From Spirochaetota bacterium (GTDB taxonomy: Bacteria; Spirochaetota; UBA4802; UBA5550), in the NCBI GenBank assembly GCA_963664815.2, contig CAXXHB010000003.1:1184001-1248000 (forward strand): a DNA stretch of 64,000 nucleotides. Direction: 5' to 3'. Under the pieces are notes generated by a model. It was not told the DNA's origin, ran no database searches, and was given only the letters and a program-made list of their open reading frames with translations. Below are positions 28,919 to 39,400 of this stretch, in pieces (position 1 is the first letter of the stretch; the number at the start of each line of letters is the position of its first letter). The position numbers were made by a program, and so were the translations under genes.

Positions 28919-29691
28919 TGATTGTTGCCAGTTTTAATTGTAACTCAATAAGGGCGAGAATGCCTGTTCTTAAAAAATGGGTAAGCGATATTTCTCCTGA
29001 TGTTTTATCACTTCAGGAGACAAAGGTTTCTGATGAGGATTTTCCGAAAGATGAATTAACATCATTAGGGTATAATTCAGTTTTTAAGGGTGAAAAGTCT
29101 TATAATGGAGTAGCGATTCTTTCAAAGAAGAAAATTGATGAAGTATCCTACGGATTTGATGGTAAAGGTTTCGATGAAGGAACAAGGCTTATAACAGCAA
29201 AGATCGGTAAATTAAATATTGTAAATACTTATATCCCGCAGGGTGTTTCACCTGATTCTGAAAAATTTCAATATAAATTAAAGTGGTTCAGGAAGCTCGG
29301 GTTATTCTTTGACAGGGAATATAAACCGGGTGATTTTCTTATATGGCTTGGTGATTTCAATGTTGCGCCTGAACCCATTGATGTTCATAATCCTAAAAGA
29401 TTGATCGGGAATGTGGGTTATCATCCTGATGAGCATAAAGAGCTTTTATCTGTTAAAAGCTGGGGATTTACTGATCTTTACAGGAAGTTCAATCCGGAAA
29501 GTGGTAATTATACATTCTGGGATTACAGAGTCAAAGATGGCATTGCAAGGGGTCTTGGTTGGCGGGTGGATCATATATGGGGCACTGCTCCATTAGAAAA
29601 AAAGGTCACCAGATCATGGATTGATATTGCACCAAGGCTTATGGAAAAACCATCGGATCACACTCCGATTCTTGTGGATTTGAAGATTTGA
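28918..29691 (+). CDS. xth: Exodeoxyribonuclease III / AP endonuclease
   Basis: SFNCNSIRAR, LQETK, YNGVAILS, GDFNVAP, YTFWDYR, SDHTP. Confidence 0.96.
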   Translation: MIVASFNCNSIRARMPVLKKWVSDISPDVLSLQETKVSDEDFPKDELTSLGYNSVFKGEKSYNGVAILSKKKIDEVSYGFDGKGFDEGTRLITAKIGKLNIVNTYIPQGVSPDSEKFQYKLKWFRKLGLFFDREYKPGDFLIWLGDFNVAPEPIDVHNPKRLIGNVGYHPDEHKELLSVKSWGFTDLYRKFNPESGNYTFWDYRVKDGIARGLGWRVDHIWGTAPLEKKVTRSWIDIAPRLMEKPSDHTPILVDLKI

Positions 29692-30215
29692 AAAGAATTG
29701 TCTCTGCTTTAACTATTCTTATCTCGGGTCAATACCTGTTTCTTTTCAGTCAGGTTAAAGAACCTTTGACTCCAATAATCCCTTCAATAAATGATCAGAT
29801 TAATTTACAGATTTCCAAATTCAGGGTACGAGTAACCATTCAGGGGAGAAGTGATACAATTGAATGTGATGTTGAGTTAAACTCTGTTGCTTTGAAAACA
29901 CGGGATAATAGATCTCTCATGGTAAAAGACATCTCAAAGATTAATATTCTGACGTGGGAAAGATCGGGAAAATTAAAAAAAAGTATATTTTATCCATCAC
30001 GATATGAAATCCTTTTTCGCGATTACCGGAAAGAAATTATTAATGGCAATATTGAGTCAATTAACAGAATTAAAGCCGGTAATAAAAAATTTATCTATTT
30101 TTATTACTACGATTATTTTAAAAAGGGGAAATGGATCCACAGTGAATCTGCGGATATTAAAGTATCGGCAATAAAACCAGCAGATGGTTGTGCGGTAGCT
30201 ATAGAATTTCTTTGA
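29688..30215 (+). CDS. Exported hypothetical protein
   Basis: TTG start overlapping the xth stop; hydrophobic N-terminus. Confidence 0.6.
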   Translation: MKRIVSALTILISGQYLFLFSQVKEPLTPIIPSINDQINLQISKFRVRVTIQGRSDTIECDVELNSVALKTRDNRSLMVKDISKINILTWERSGKLKKSIFYPSRYEILFRDYRKEIINGNIESINRIKAGNKKFIYFYYYDYFKKGKWIHSESADIKVSAIKPADGCAVAIEFL

Positions 30216-30972
30216 TAAAAATTTCCAGCTCGTTATTAAAACCGTTACTGTTTTCAAAAAAAGGTACATGCCCTTCATCATCGAAAATAACGATTTTTGA
30301 ATTACTGATTTTTTCCTTCATACTCTTCGTTAAGGCAGCGGGTATCATCTGATCATACTTATTGGCAATTAAAAGAACCGGAGCTTCAATTTCTTTCAGT
30401 CTGGATTCATAATCTATTTTTGAGCAGAGTCTTAAATCCTGAATAATTGTATTTTTTTCCTCCTCAGTGATATTTTTTTGTGCTGCTAAAATAAAGATTC
30501 CGGCTTTTTTGTGAAATATTCTGGAAAGCATATTATTAAAAAAGCTATCAAAGTTGTTTATTGCAGCGTTGATCTGCATGCTGGTGACCGGTAATACCGG
30601 AGAAGTCGATATAAGAATTATTGCTTTGACTTTATCCCTATGCTTTAAATAATTTTCTAAACAAATTGCTCCCCCCATTGAATGACCTACAAGAATGTAT
30701 GAATCAATTTTTTCCTTTTTAACGATTGATTCAATGCTGCTGTTGTATACTTCAACTGATTGTTCGGCAACAAATGAAGATCGTCCATGTCCCGGGAGAT
30801 CAACTGCTATTGTTTTAAAGGATTTACCAAAATATTTAAGCTGATTGTGAAAAAACCGGGAATCTCCTGCAATGCCATGTATAAAAAAAACAGTAAATCC
30901 GTTTTTCACACCATTGACCCTGTAGAAAATGCCAGTTCCATTATTGTCAATATGATTCAATTCAAATCCCAT
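30199..30972 (-). CDS. Alpha/beta hydrolase
   Basis: FIHG, DLPGHG, GHSMGG nucleophile elbow, catalytic Asp (YDQM) and His (GHVP). Confidence 0.93.
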   Translation of the reverse strand: MGFELNHIDNNGTGIFYRVNGVKNGFTVFFIHGIAGDSRFFHNQLKYFGKSFKTIAVDLPGHGRSSFVAEQSVEVYNSSIESIVKKEKIDSYILVGHSMGGAICLENYLKHRDKVKAIILISTSPVLPVTSMQINAAINNFDSFFNNMLSRIFHKKAGIFILAAQKNITEEEKNTIIQDLRLCSKIDYESRLKEIEAPVLLIANKYDQMIPAALTKSMKEKISNSKIVIFDDEGHVPFFENSNGFNNELEIFIKEIL

Positions 30973-31335
30973 ATTTTATTATATTAAAATTATTGATCAG
31001 GAATCAATAATAATATAAAATTATTAACTATATTTTAAATTTTTATTAATAATCAGTTTGTGGATGTATTCTATTGATAGTATTATGACAGTAGCTAATT
31101 AAAATCTAAAAAAACTTTCATGTATAATTTATCTTCTATTATTCAATAATTTAACTTTAGTAACTGACAGTTACATATAAACAGGAGATAAACATATTTA
31201 ATTATTATCATGAGTCAGTTTAAAATAATCAGTGCATGGCAGGTGTTGTAGTGTTTAATTTTTTTACAATATACTGCTTATTAAAAAATTATAAAGCAAA
31301 GTAAAGCTGATTATGTATTCCGTAATAAGGTTTAT

Positions 31336-31365
31336 GCTTGACATATTTATTAATTATGGTATTTG
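31336..31365 (+). promoter_or_regulatory. Sigma70 extended -10 promoter of the cyclase-2/FecR operon
   Basis: GCTTGACAT-N12-TGGTATTTG. Confidence 0.6.
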
Positions 31366-31404
31366 ATTATACCTGATAAAATAACTACTGGATCGGTTTA
31401 ATTT

Positions 31405-33303
31405 ATGGCAGCTGAAGAAAATGATTTTATAAAACAATTTGGCTTTTTTTCAAAATTGAAGATACGTTCAAAATTGATTTCAATGATCTCAATTATAATT
31501 GTTACTTCTCTTGCGGTGATGATTTCTCTTGCTACAATATTTTTCAAGAAAGATAATGAAGTAAGGATTAAGGAGAGTAACCTGACGATATCGCAGGTAA
31601 TAGCATCTAAAACTGAATCCGATTTTACAGCAATTGCAGAAAAAATAAATATCATGGCTACCACAATGCTGCAGGAGTTTAAATCAGATCAACAGAAAAA
31701 ACTTTTTACAAATCTGTTTTTCTCAAATGATAAAGATTTTTTATATGTCGCAATTGGAAGAAAAGAGAATGAGAAGGTGGTTTTTTACAGATCTATTTAT
31801 AATGAAAAATACTTCAGTGAGAACAAGATTGATATAAAGACACTTGACCAGATTAATAGTGAAAATTCCTCTAAATATATTAAAACATTCAATGATGAAG
31901 CGGTAGTACATAATGTTTCAGGTAAAATGGGTATGCCTGTTGTTGCTGTTACGATCCCTTTTCAGAGAGATGCACTTGATAAAGTTAATTCCATTGCAAT
32001 TGGATATATTAAGCTGGATAAAATTTTAAAGTCTTTTACAAAAAATGGGATAACTGACACCTTTATGATAAATGGCGATGGTGAGGTAATAGCTCATCCC
32101 GATACAAATCTCGTATTGAATTATGCTAATTTTATAAAACTTCCCATTGTAGATATGATGATGAAGAGCAAGCTCAGCAATGGTCAGACAAGATATAAAA
32201 ATGAGTCCGGGGTATACCATTTAGGATCGTTCAAGAAAATTGGATTCAGTGGTATAGGAATCATCAGTTCGGTGCCGGAAGATCTTGCACTTCAGGAAGT
32301 TTATAACATTCAGAGAAGAAATATATATATCACAATTATTGTTCTTAATATCGCAATACTTATAGTTTATTATTTCAGTAAATCCCTTACAACTCCAATT
32401 ACTACTCTTGTCGGTGCGACGAAAGAAATCGAAAAAGGAAATTTTAAAGTAGATGTTAAGGCGACTACCGGTGATGAAATAGGTATTCTCACAGAATCAT
32501 TCGTTGAGATGGGACGGGGACTCGATGAAAGAGAGAGAATGAAGGATGCTTTTGGTAAATTTGTTAATAAAGAGATTGCTGAACAGGTTCTGAAAGGAAC
32601 GATCAAGCTTGGTGGTGAAAGAAAAAAAGCTACTGTTTTCTTTTCTGATATAAGAGGATTTACGGCCATCTCAGAAAAACTTGAACCGGAAGAAGTAGTT
32701 GAATTTCTCAATCAGTATATGACCAGGATGGTTAACTGCGTTAATGATACAAATGGTGTTGTTGATAAATATATAGGTGATGCGGTTATGGCTGTATGGG
32801 GAGCTCCTGTAACTCATGGAAATGATACAGAAAATGCCATAAACGGGGCTTTAATGATGAGGCGGGAGCTGATCGAGTTTAATAAGGGACGAGGCGGAGA
32901 TAAAAAGCCGATTATTAAAATCGGATGCGGGCTTAATACCGGTCCTGTACTTGCCGGTCAGATAGGTTCTAATGAAAGAATGGAGTATACTGTTATAGGC
33001 GATACTGTTAACCTTGCATCAAGGATTGAATCACTGAATAAACCTTTCGGTACAGATATTCTTGTTTCAACTGATACTTATTTTGAAATAAAGGATATAT
33101 TCAGAACTGAACCTATGCAGAAAATAAAAGTAAAAGGGAAAAGTGAACCTCAACAGATTTATGCCGTTCTTGGAAGGCTTGATGACCCCACTTCTCCTAA
33201 GACTCTTGAAGAAATGAGGAAACTGGTTGGTATTGAAATGAAAGGCAAACCGACTGAAGAAGCAGGCGAAGAGGGTGAAGTAAAATATGAAATTCTTGAC
33301 TAA
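31405..33303 (+). CDS. Class III adenylate cyclase (TM, Cache, TM, HAMP, CYC)
   Basis: FSDIRGFT, DKYIGDA, YTVIGDTVNLASRIE; Cache (GEVIAHPD) and HAMP (DEIGILT.SF) motifs. Confidence 0.95.
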   Translation: MAAEENDFIKQFGFFSKLKIRSKLISMISIIIVTSLAVMISLATIFFKKDNEVRIKESNLTISQVIASKTESDFTAIAEKINIMATTMLQEFKSDQQKKLFTNLFFSNDKDFLYVAIGRKENEKVVFYRSIYNEKYFSENKIDIKTLDQINSENSSKYIKTFNDEAVVHNVSGKMGMPVVAVTIPFQRDALDKVNSIAIGYIKLDKILKSFTKNGITDTFMINGDGEVIAHPDTNLVLNYANFIKLPIVDMMMKSKLSNGQTRYKNESGVYHLGSFKKIGFSGIGIISSVPEDLALQEVYNIQRRNIYITIIVLNIAILIVYYFSKSLTTPITTLVGATKEIEKGNFKVDVKATTGDEIGILTESFVEMGRGLDERERMKDAFGKFVNKEIAEQVLKGTIKLGGERKKATVFFSDIRGFTAISEKLEPEEVVEFLNQYMTRMVNCVNDTNGVVDKYIGDAVMAVWGAPVTHGNDTENAINGALMMRRELIEFNKGRGGDKKPIIKIGCGLNTGPVLAGQIGSNERMEYTVIGDTVNLASRIESLNKPFGTDILVSTDTYFEIKDIFRTEPMQKIKVKGKSEPQQIYAVLGRLDDPTSPKTLEEMRKLVGIEMKGKPTEEAGEEGEVKYEILD

Positions 33304-36289
33304 CGACATATTATTCTCTGGTATCAGCGCTTTATTAATTACAACTTTTTCAGTACTTCTATACGCGGATTTTAATAAAAAAATAGAAGTTGGAAATGTA
33401 AAACAGATAGGAAGTATTACCTTTAAGCGGGAAGTTGCCCAGAGAAAATATCAGTCACAGGTTGTATGGGAGGCAATTGATCAGAATTTTCCTGTTTATA
33501 ATAATGATTCAATAAGAACATCCGATTTGTCTGAAGCTGTAATACATTTGTCGGATGGAACGGACATCAATATTGAAGAGAATAGTATGATAATGCTGTC
33601 AACACAGGAAAATGCTATTAACATTAATTTTGAACAAGGTTCAATTTCTGCAAACAGAACAGGTGTTCAGGGTGCTGATATTGCAGCAATCAATATTAAA
33701 TCCCAGGATGCAACAGTTTCAATTGATAAGAGCAATATTCAGCTGACACAGCTTGAGAATAAAGAGCTGGATTTAACTGTATCTAACGGTACGGCAAAGG
33801 TCAAATCCGGATCAGAAGAGACACTTGTTAAGTCAAGTGAAAAAGCTATTATATCTTCAGATCGTAAAGATACCACTATCGTTAAGCTTAAATTTGACTT
33901 AAAGGAACCAGCATCAAACCAGTATTTTATTATTGAAGTACCTAGATCAGAGGTTTCTTTTGCCTGGGATTTGTCAGGGAATTTTAAAAATATAACATGG
34001 GAAATAAGTAGAGACAGATCCTTTTCAAAAATTTTATTTTCGCGAAAAGGTTTAATGCAGAATTTTACCAAGATTAATCTTGAGGCAGGAGTTTACTATT
34101 GGAGAATTTCAGCAATAAATGAAGATAATAAAAAAACAGAATTCAGTGAAACCGGAAAGTTAAATATTATAAACCGTAAACCTGTGAAACTGATTTCGCC
34201 AGTATCAGGTGAAATAGTAAAACATTCAGTTTCACAGAATTCAATTTCATTCAGATGGAGTGAGGATTCCCTTGCCGCTGATTATACCCTTGAAATAGCT
34301 CAGGATAAGGATTTTAATACTGTAATCAGCAAATTGAATACACCTTTAAAAAATATTACCATTGATAATCTCAATCAGGGGGATTTTTACTGGAGAATAA
34401 ACAGTAATATATCAATTGGAGGAAATCAGATTGTTAAAACAACACCCGCCTCAGTTTTTAAAATTGATAAGGTAAAAGTTATTACTCCACCAGTGTTGAT
34501 AAGTCCGGTCAAGGGTGAAAAAATTGATGCTGCACTTATAAAATCGAAAGGTTTACTCCTTAGCTGGAGCAATGATAATGCATTTTCTCTTTATAATGTT
34601 CAGATATCCAGAGAAATTGATTTTAAAGATAAAATTGTTGATCAGCAGAGAAAACTAAATTTTGCTGAAATAAAAAATGATCTTAAACCTGGTAAATATT
34701 TCTGGCGGGTTGATGGTCTGGTGAGTTCGGGTGAGGATGTCCCTTACTCTGATACAGGTGAATTTGAAATTGCAATAATTGGCAATCTTTCTACAGTGAC
34801 ACCTTCAGAAAATGAAGAAGTAAAGTTTCCTGCGGGTGCAAAAAAAGTTGATGTTCAATTCGGCTGGACAAAAATTGATTTAAGCGGAAATTATAGACTC
34901 CAGTTATCAAAAAAAGCCGATTTTTCAGATTCTAAAATAATAAATTTTAAAGATCAGAGTTCAGGATCAATACCTGTAGATAAACCGGGTGAATATTACT
35001 GGAGAGTCATTCTTACTGACGAAAAGAATAAAGAACTGATTAAAAGTAATGGTTCTAAATTTATTGTCTCAATTGAAGAAACTGCCCCTGAAACTAAAAC
35101 TTTTCTGATTGTTAAATCTCCGATAAGGGGTGGTAAGATTTATATCGATTCGAAGTTTAAAGGCTATACGGAGTATACACAGGAAGTACGACCTGATATG
35201 GATGTTTCTGTTAAAGTGACAGCCGAGGGTTATAAAGATTTTCAGACACAGCTGAAAGTAAAAGCAGGAGATACCTATACATTATCTGCCGCATTGGAAA
35301 AAAATAAAAAACTGGAGAGAGTGAAGTGGGTTAGCCCGTTAAAAACAGCGGTAAGTTCTGCTCCGTTATATTATAAAGACAGGATAATTCTTTGTTCCGA
35401 AAATGGTAATATAATAATCATGAACAATACCGGGAATGTTCTGGTTACAAAAAAAATAACAAAGAGGTTTGAGTCAAAACCGGTTGTTTATGAAAATAAT
35501 GTATATGCTGTGGATGTTGACGGAGTACTGTATTCAATAGATACGTCCAATGGAAACATTAATTGGCAGATTAAAGCCGGAGGTCCTCTGCTATTTAAGT
35601 CAGAGCTTGTAATTTTCAATAATAAAATTTATCTTGCTACAGGATTTGGTATTGTTGAAGCTTATGATTTAAAGGGTAAAAAGCTCTGGAGTAAAAATCT
35701 TGATGAAGCAATTTATAACTCGTTACTGATAGTGAAGAATAACCTGATCATAGCAACAGATGCTATGAGGCTTTACTCTCTTGATTCGAGTGACGGAGAC
35801 AAGAACTGGTCTGTTAAGATTGATGAAAAGGTTATAACGTTAACTCCGGTTGTTCATAATGACATAATTTACTTTGGATGTTATTCCGGAACATTCTATG
35901 CGATTTCTCTTGGCGGAGATATTATATGGACATTTAAATCTGGAGGTCCTATCTATTCAAGCCCGGTTGTTATTGATAAGAGTATATACTTCGGATCAGA
36001 AGATGGTTTTGTGTATTCATTGAATGACGTTAAAGGTACATTAAACTGGAAATTTAAAACATCAAATCCTGTGAAAAATAGTCCTCTTTATGCTTTCGAT
36101 AGTGTTATTATTGCCAGTGATAATACAGTTTTTTCTTTGAATCCTCTTAACGGGGATGTAATATGGCAGAACTCATTTGGAAGCAGAATTAAGACATCAC
36201 CAACATTCGCCGGCGATACAATAATTCTTGGTCTTGTTAATGGCGATATAGTTTCAGTAAGAAATAATCTTATTGAGTTGGTTCAGTAA
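33287..36289 (+). CDS. FecR-domain protein with four Ig/Fn3-like repeats, PEGA domain and PQQ (BamB-like) beta-propeller
   Basis: N-terminal TM; DSIRT..SEAVIHLSDGT.I.IEENS (FecR); four G.(Y/F)(Y/F)WR repeats; PEGA (IYID..KG..AEGYK); repeated G...W.F..SSPV propeller blades. Confidence 0.88.
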   Translation: MKFLTNDILFSGISALLITTFSVLLYADFNKKIEVGNVKQIGSITFKREVAQRKYQSQVVWEAIDQNFPVYNNDSIRTSDLSEAVIHLSDGTDINIEENSMIMLSTQENAININFEQGSISANRTGVQGADIAAINIKSQDATVSIDKSNIQLTQLENKELDLTVSNGTAKVKSGSEETLVKSSEKAIISSDRKDTTIVKLKFDLKEPASNQYFIIEVPRSEVSFAWDLSGNFKNITWEISRDRSFSKILFSRKGLMQNFTKINLEAGVYYWRISAINEDNKKTEFSETGKLNIINRKPVKLISPVSGEIVKHSVSQNSISFRWSEDSLAADYTLEIAQDKDFNTVISKLNTPLKNITIDNLNQGDFYWRINSNISIGGNQIVKTTPASVFKIDKVKVITPPVLISPVKGEKIDAALIKSKGLLLSWSNDNAFSLYNVQISREIDFKDKIVDQQRKLNFAEIKNDLKPGKYFWRVDGLVSSGEDVPYSDTGEFEIAIIGNLSTVTPSENEEVKFPAGAKKVDVQFGWTKIDLSGNYRLQLSKKADFSDSKIINFKDQSSGSIPVDKPGEYYWRVILTDEKNKELIKSNGSKFIVSIEETAPETKTFLIVKSPIRGGKIYIDSKFKGYTEYTQEVRPDMDVSVKVTAEGYKDFQTQLKVKAGDTYTLSAALEKNKKLERVKWVSPLKTAVSSAPLYYKDRIILCSENGNIIIMNNTGNVLVTKKITKRFESKPVVYENNVYAVDVDGVLYSIDTSNGNINWQIKAGGPLLFKSELVIFNNKIYLATGFGIVEAYDLKGKKLWSKNLDEAIYNSLLIVKNNLIIATDAMRLYSLDSSDGDKNWSVKIDEKVITLTPVVHNDIIYFGCYSGTFYAISLGGDIIWTFKSGGPIYSSPVVIDKSIYFGSEDGFVYSLNDVKGTLNWKFKTSNPVKNSPLYAFDSVIIASDNTVFSLNPLNGDVIWQNSFGSRIKTSPTFAGDTIILGLVNGDIVSVRNNLIELVQ

Positions 36290-36374
36290 CATGATATAAT
36301 TTTGATCTTAATTGTAATTTTTTATATAATTAATACTTGAAATTATGTCTCTTCTAAAAATAATACCTACATGA

Positions 36375-36400
36375 AAAAATCCCCATAAACGGGGATTTTT
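36375..36400. terminator. Hairpin, possible bidirectional terminator or dnaE leader structure
   Basis: AAAAATCCCC-ataaac-GGGGATTTTT. Confidence 0.6.
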
Positions 36401-36479
36401 GAGGGGTTATTTTATAATTCCTCAAAAATATCTTACATCTCTTTTATGGCGGGGAGCCTAATAATTTTCAGGTATTTAT

Positions 36480-39400
36480 ATGGATTTTGTACATTTACAT
36501 AATCATACAGACTATTCAATATTAGATGGAGCTATAACAGTAGATAAGCTTGTGGATAAAGCTGTCAGATTTGGTATGCCTGCTGTAGCTATTACTGATC
36601 ATGGTAATATGTTCGGAGCTATTGAATTTTATCAGAAGGCGCATAAGGCAGGAATTAAACCGATTATTGGTGAAGAATTTTATGTCGCTCCGGGATCAAG
36701 ATTTAAAAAGGAATCTGTTCGAGGTGATAAAGAGGATAATGCGCATCATCTTATTGTTCTTGCAAAAAATCTTACCGGATATATGAATTTAATGAAGCTG
36801 TCTTCGATCGGATATCTTGAGGGTTTTTATTACAAACCGAGAATAGATATGGAGGTTCTTGAAAAATATTCCGAAGGTCTTATTGTTTCTTCAGCCTGTA
36901 TTGCCGGAGAGATACCAAGGAATATTCTGCGAGGGAAGCTAAAGGAAGCCAGAGATCTTGCCGGACGATACAAGGAGTTGTTCAGTGCGGATAATTTTTA
37001 TCTTGAGCTTCAATATCATGGTATTAAAGAACAGGAGATAGTAAACAGCGAATTGATAAAGATTTCATCCGAGCTCAATATACCATTAATTGCGACAAAT
37101 GATGCACACTATGTAGACAAGGATGATGCCTATTCTCATGAAGTTTTATTATGTGTTCAGACAGGTAAAACGATGAATGATGAAAGCAGGATGAGATTTT
37201 CAACAGATCAATTCTATCTGAAGAGTTTTGATGAAATGAGGAAATTATTTTCTGATTATCCTGATGCGCTATTTAATACATGTAAAATTGCTGATATGAT
37301 AGATCTTGAATTGGATCTTGGTCATCCAATATTGCCGAATTTTAAAGTTCCGGAAGGATTCAATCTTGATTCATATTTGCGCCATCTTGTAGATGAGGGC
37401 GCATTAAAGATATATGGATCAAATATCCCTCAGGTAGTGACGGACAGGATAAATTATGAATTTTCTGTAATTACTAAAATGAAGTTTTCCGGTTATTTTT
37501 TAATAGTATGGGATTTCATAAATTATGCGCGGTCAGTAAATATTCCTGTCGGGCCGGGAAGGGGATCAGCTGCCGGTTCCATCATATCGTATTGTCTTGG
37601 TATTACGGCGCTTGACCCTCTCAGGTATAATCTTCTCTTTGAGAGGTTTTTAAATCCAGATAGAAACGAGATGCCTGATATGGATCTTGATTTTTGCGCG
37701 GATAGACGAGAAGAAGTTATAGATTATTGTAAGCGAAAATATGGAGAAGATCATGTAAGTCAGATAATCACAATTAATAAGATGAAATCAAAGGCTGTTG
37801 TAAAAGATGTAGCCAGAGCTCTTGATATCCCATTTGCAGACTCTAATGCAATAAGTAAGCTTATTGAAGGAGATTCCTTAACTAAATCAATTGAGATGTC
37901 TCCCGAGCTTAAAAAGTATACAGAAAGTGAAATCGGAAAAAAAGTATTTGATATATCACTAAGGCTTGAGGGGCTCACCCGATCTGCTGGTAAGCATGCA
38001 GCGGGAGTTGTAATTTCAAAGGGGCCTTTGACTGACTATGTTCCTCTTTATAAAGACAAAGATGGCAGTATATCATCTCAATATGAAAAGAATACTCTTG
38101 AACAGGCCGGACTGGTTAAAATGGATTTTCTTGGATTAAGAAATCTCACTATTATTGATCAATGCATAAAATTAATCAAGAAAACTACCGGTGACGATAT
38201 AACTGATATTAATAATATATCACTAGATGATAAAGAAACATATAAATTACTGCAGCGGGCTGACACGAAGGGTGTTTTTCAGCTTGAGAGTTCCGGGATG
38301 CAGAATATTCTCCGGAGGCTCGGGCCAACAGAATTTGAGGATATAATTGCTATTGTTGCATTATTCAGGCCGGGACCGTTAGGTTCGGGAATGGTTGATG
38401 ATTTTATTGAGAGAAAAAAGAAACCTGAACTTGTGAAGTATTCTCATCCGTCTCTTGAACCTGTATTAAAGGATACATTGGGAGTTGTAGTTTATCAGGA
38501 ACAGGTTATGCTTATTTCCCAGGTAATTGCCGGATTTACACTCCCTGAGGCGGATAAACTCCGTAAGGCGATGGGAAAGAAAAAAATGGATATCATTGAT
38601 GCTCTTGAGACTAAATTTCTGCAGGGAGCTGAGAAGAAAAATATAGATAAAAAAATTGCTGTAGAGCTTTATGATATGATAAAGAAGTTTGGTGAGTACG
38701 GATTTAACAAGTCGCATTCGGCTGCCTATGCCCTTGTTACTTATCAGACCGCATTTTTAAAAGCTCATTACCGGCTTCAATATATGACGGCCCTTCTTTC
38801 AGCTGCACCGGATAAACAGGATGATGTAATACAATATATCAATGATTCCAGGGAGTATGGAATAAAGGTGTTACCCCCATCTATTAATAACAGTTTTTAT
38901 GATTTTTCGATTGAAAATGAATCTCTGAGATTCGGATTTGGTGCAATAAAGGGACTTGGAGAGAAGGCAATTGAAAACATAATTGAATCCAGAAACAGGT
39001 GCGGATCATTTGAAACTCTTAAGCAATTCCTTGAGAATGTTGAATTGTCGGTTGTAAATAAAGGAGTGCTTGAATCGCTGATTAAGTCAGGTTCTTTTGA
39101 TGAGATTCATAAGAACAGGGCGCAGCTTTTCGAGTCAATTGATCTGATAATAGACCTGGCAAAAAAATATCAGCAGGATATAGCATCAGGACAGGGAGAT
39201 CTTTTTAGTCAGGATTCCTCCCGTGACAACAGCATGATATCGTCAGATCTTCCACCTGTGCAGGAATGGAATGATAATATGAAATTGAATTTTGAGAAAG
39301 AGATACTCGGTCTTTATTTGTCAGGACATCCATTGGCTAGATTTGAAAAGGAGATAAACTCATTTCCGTCATACACTCTTCCGGAACTTTGTGAAGAAAA

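Noticed and set aside
31210-31251. 13-aa ORF MSQFKIISAWQVL
   Set aside because: The AGGAG lies more than 20 nt upstream; too short to support.
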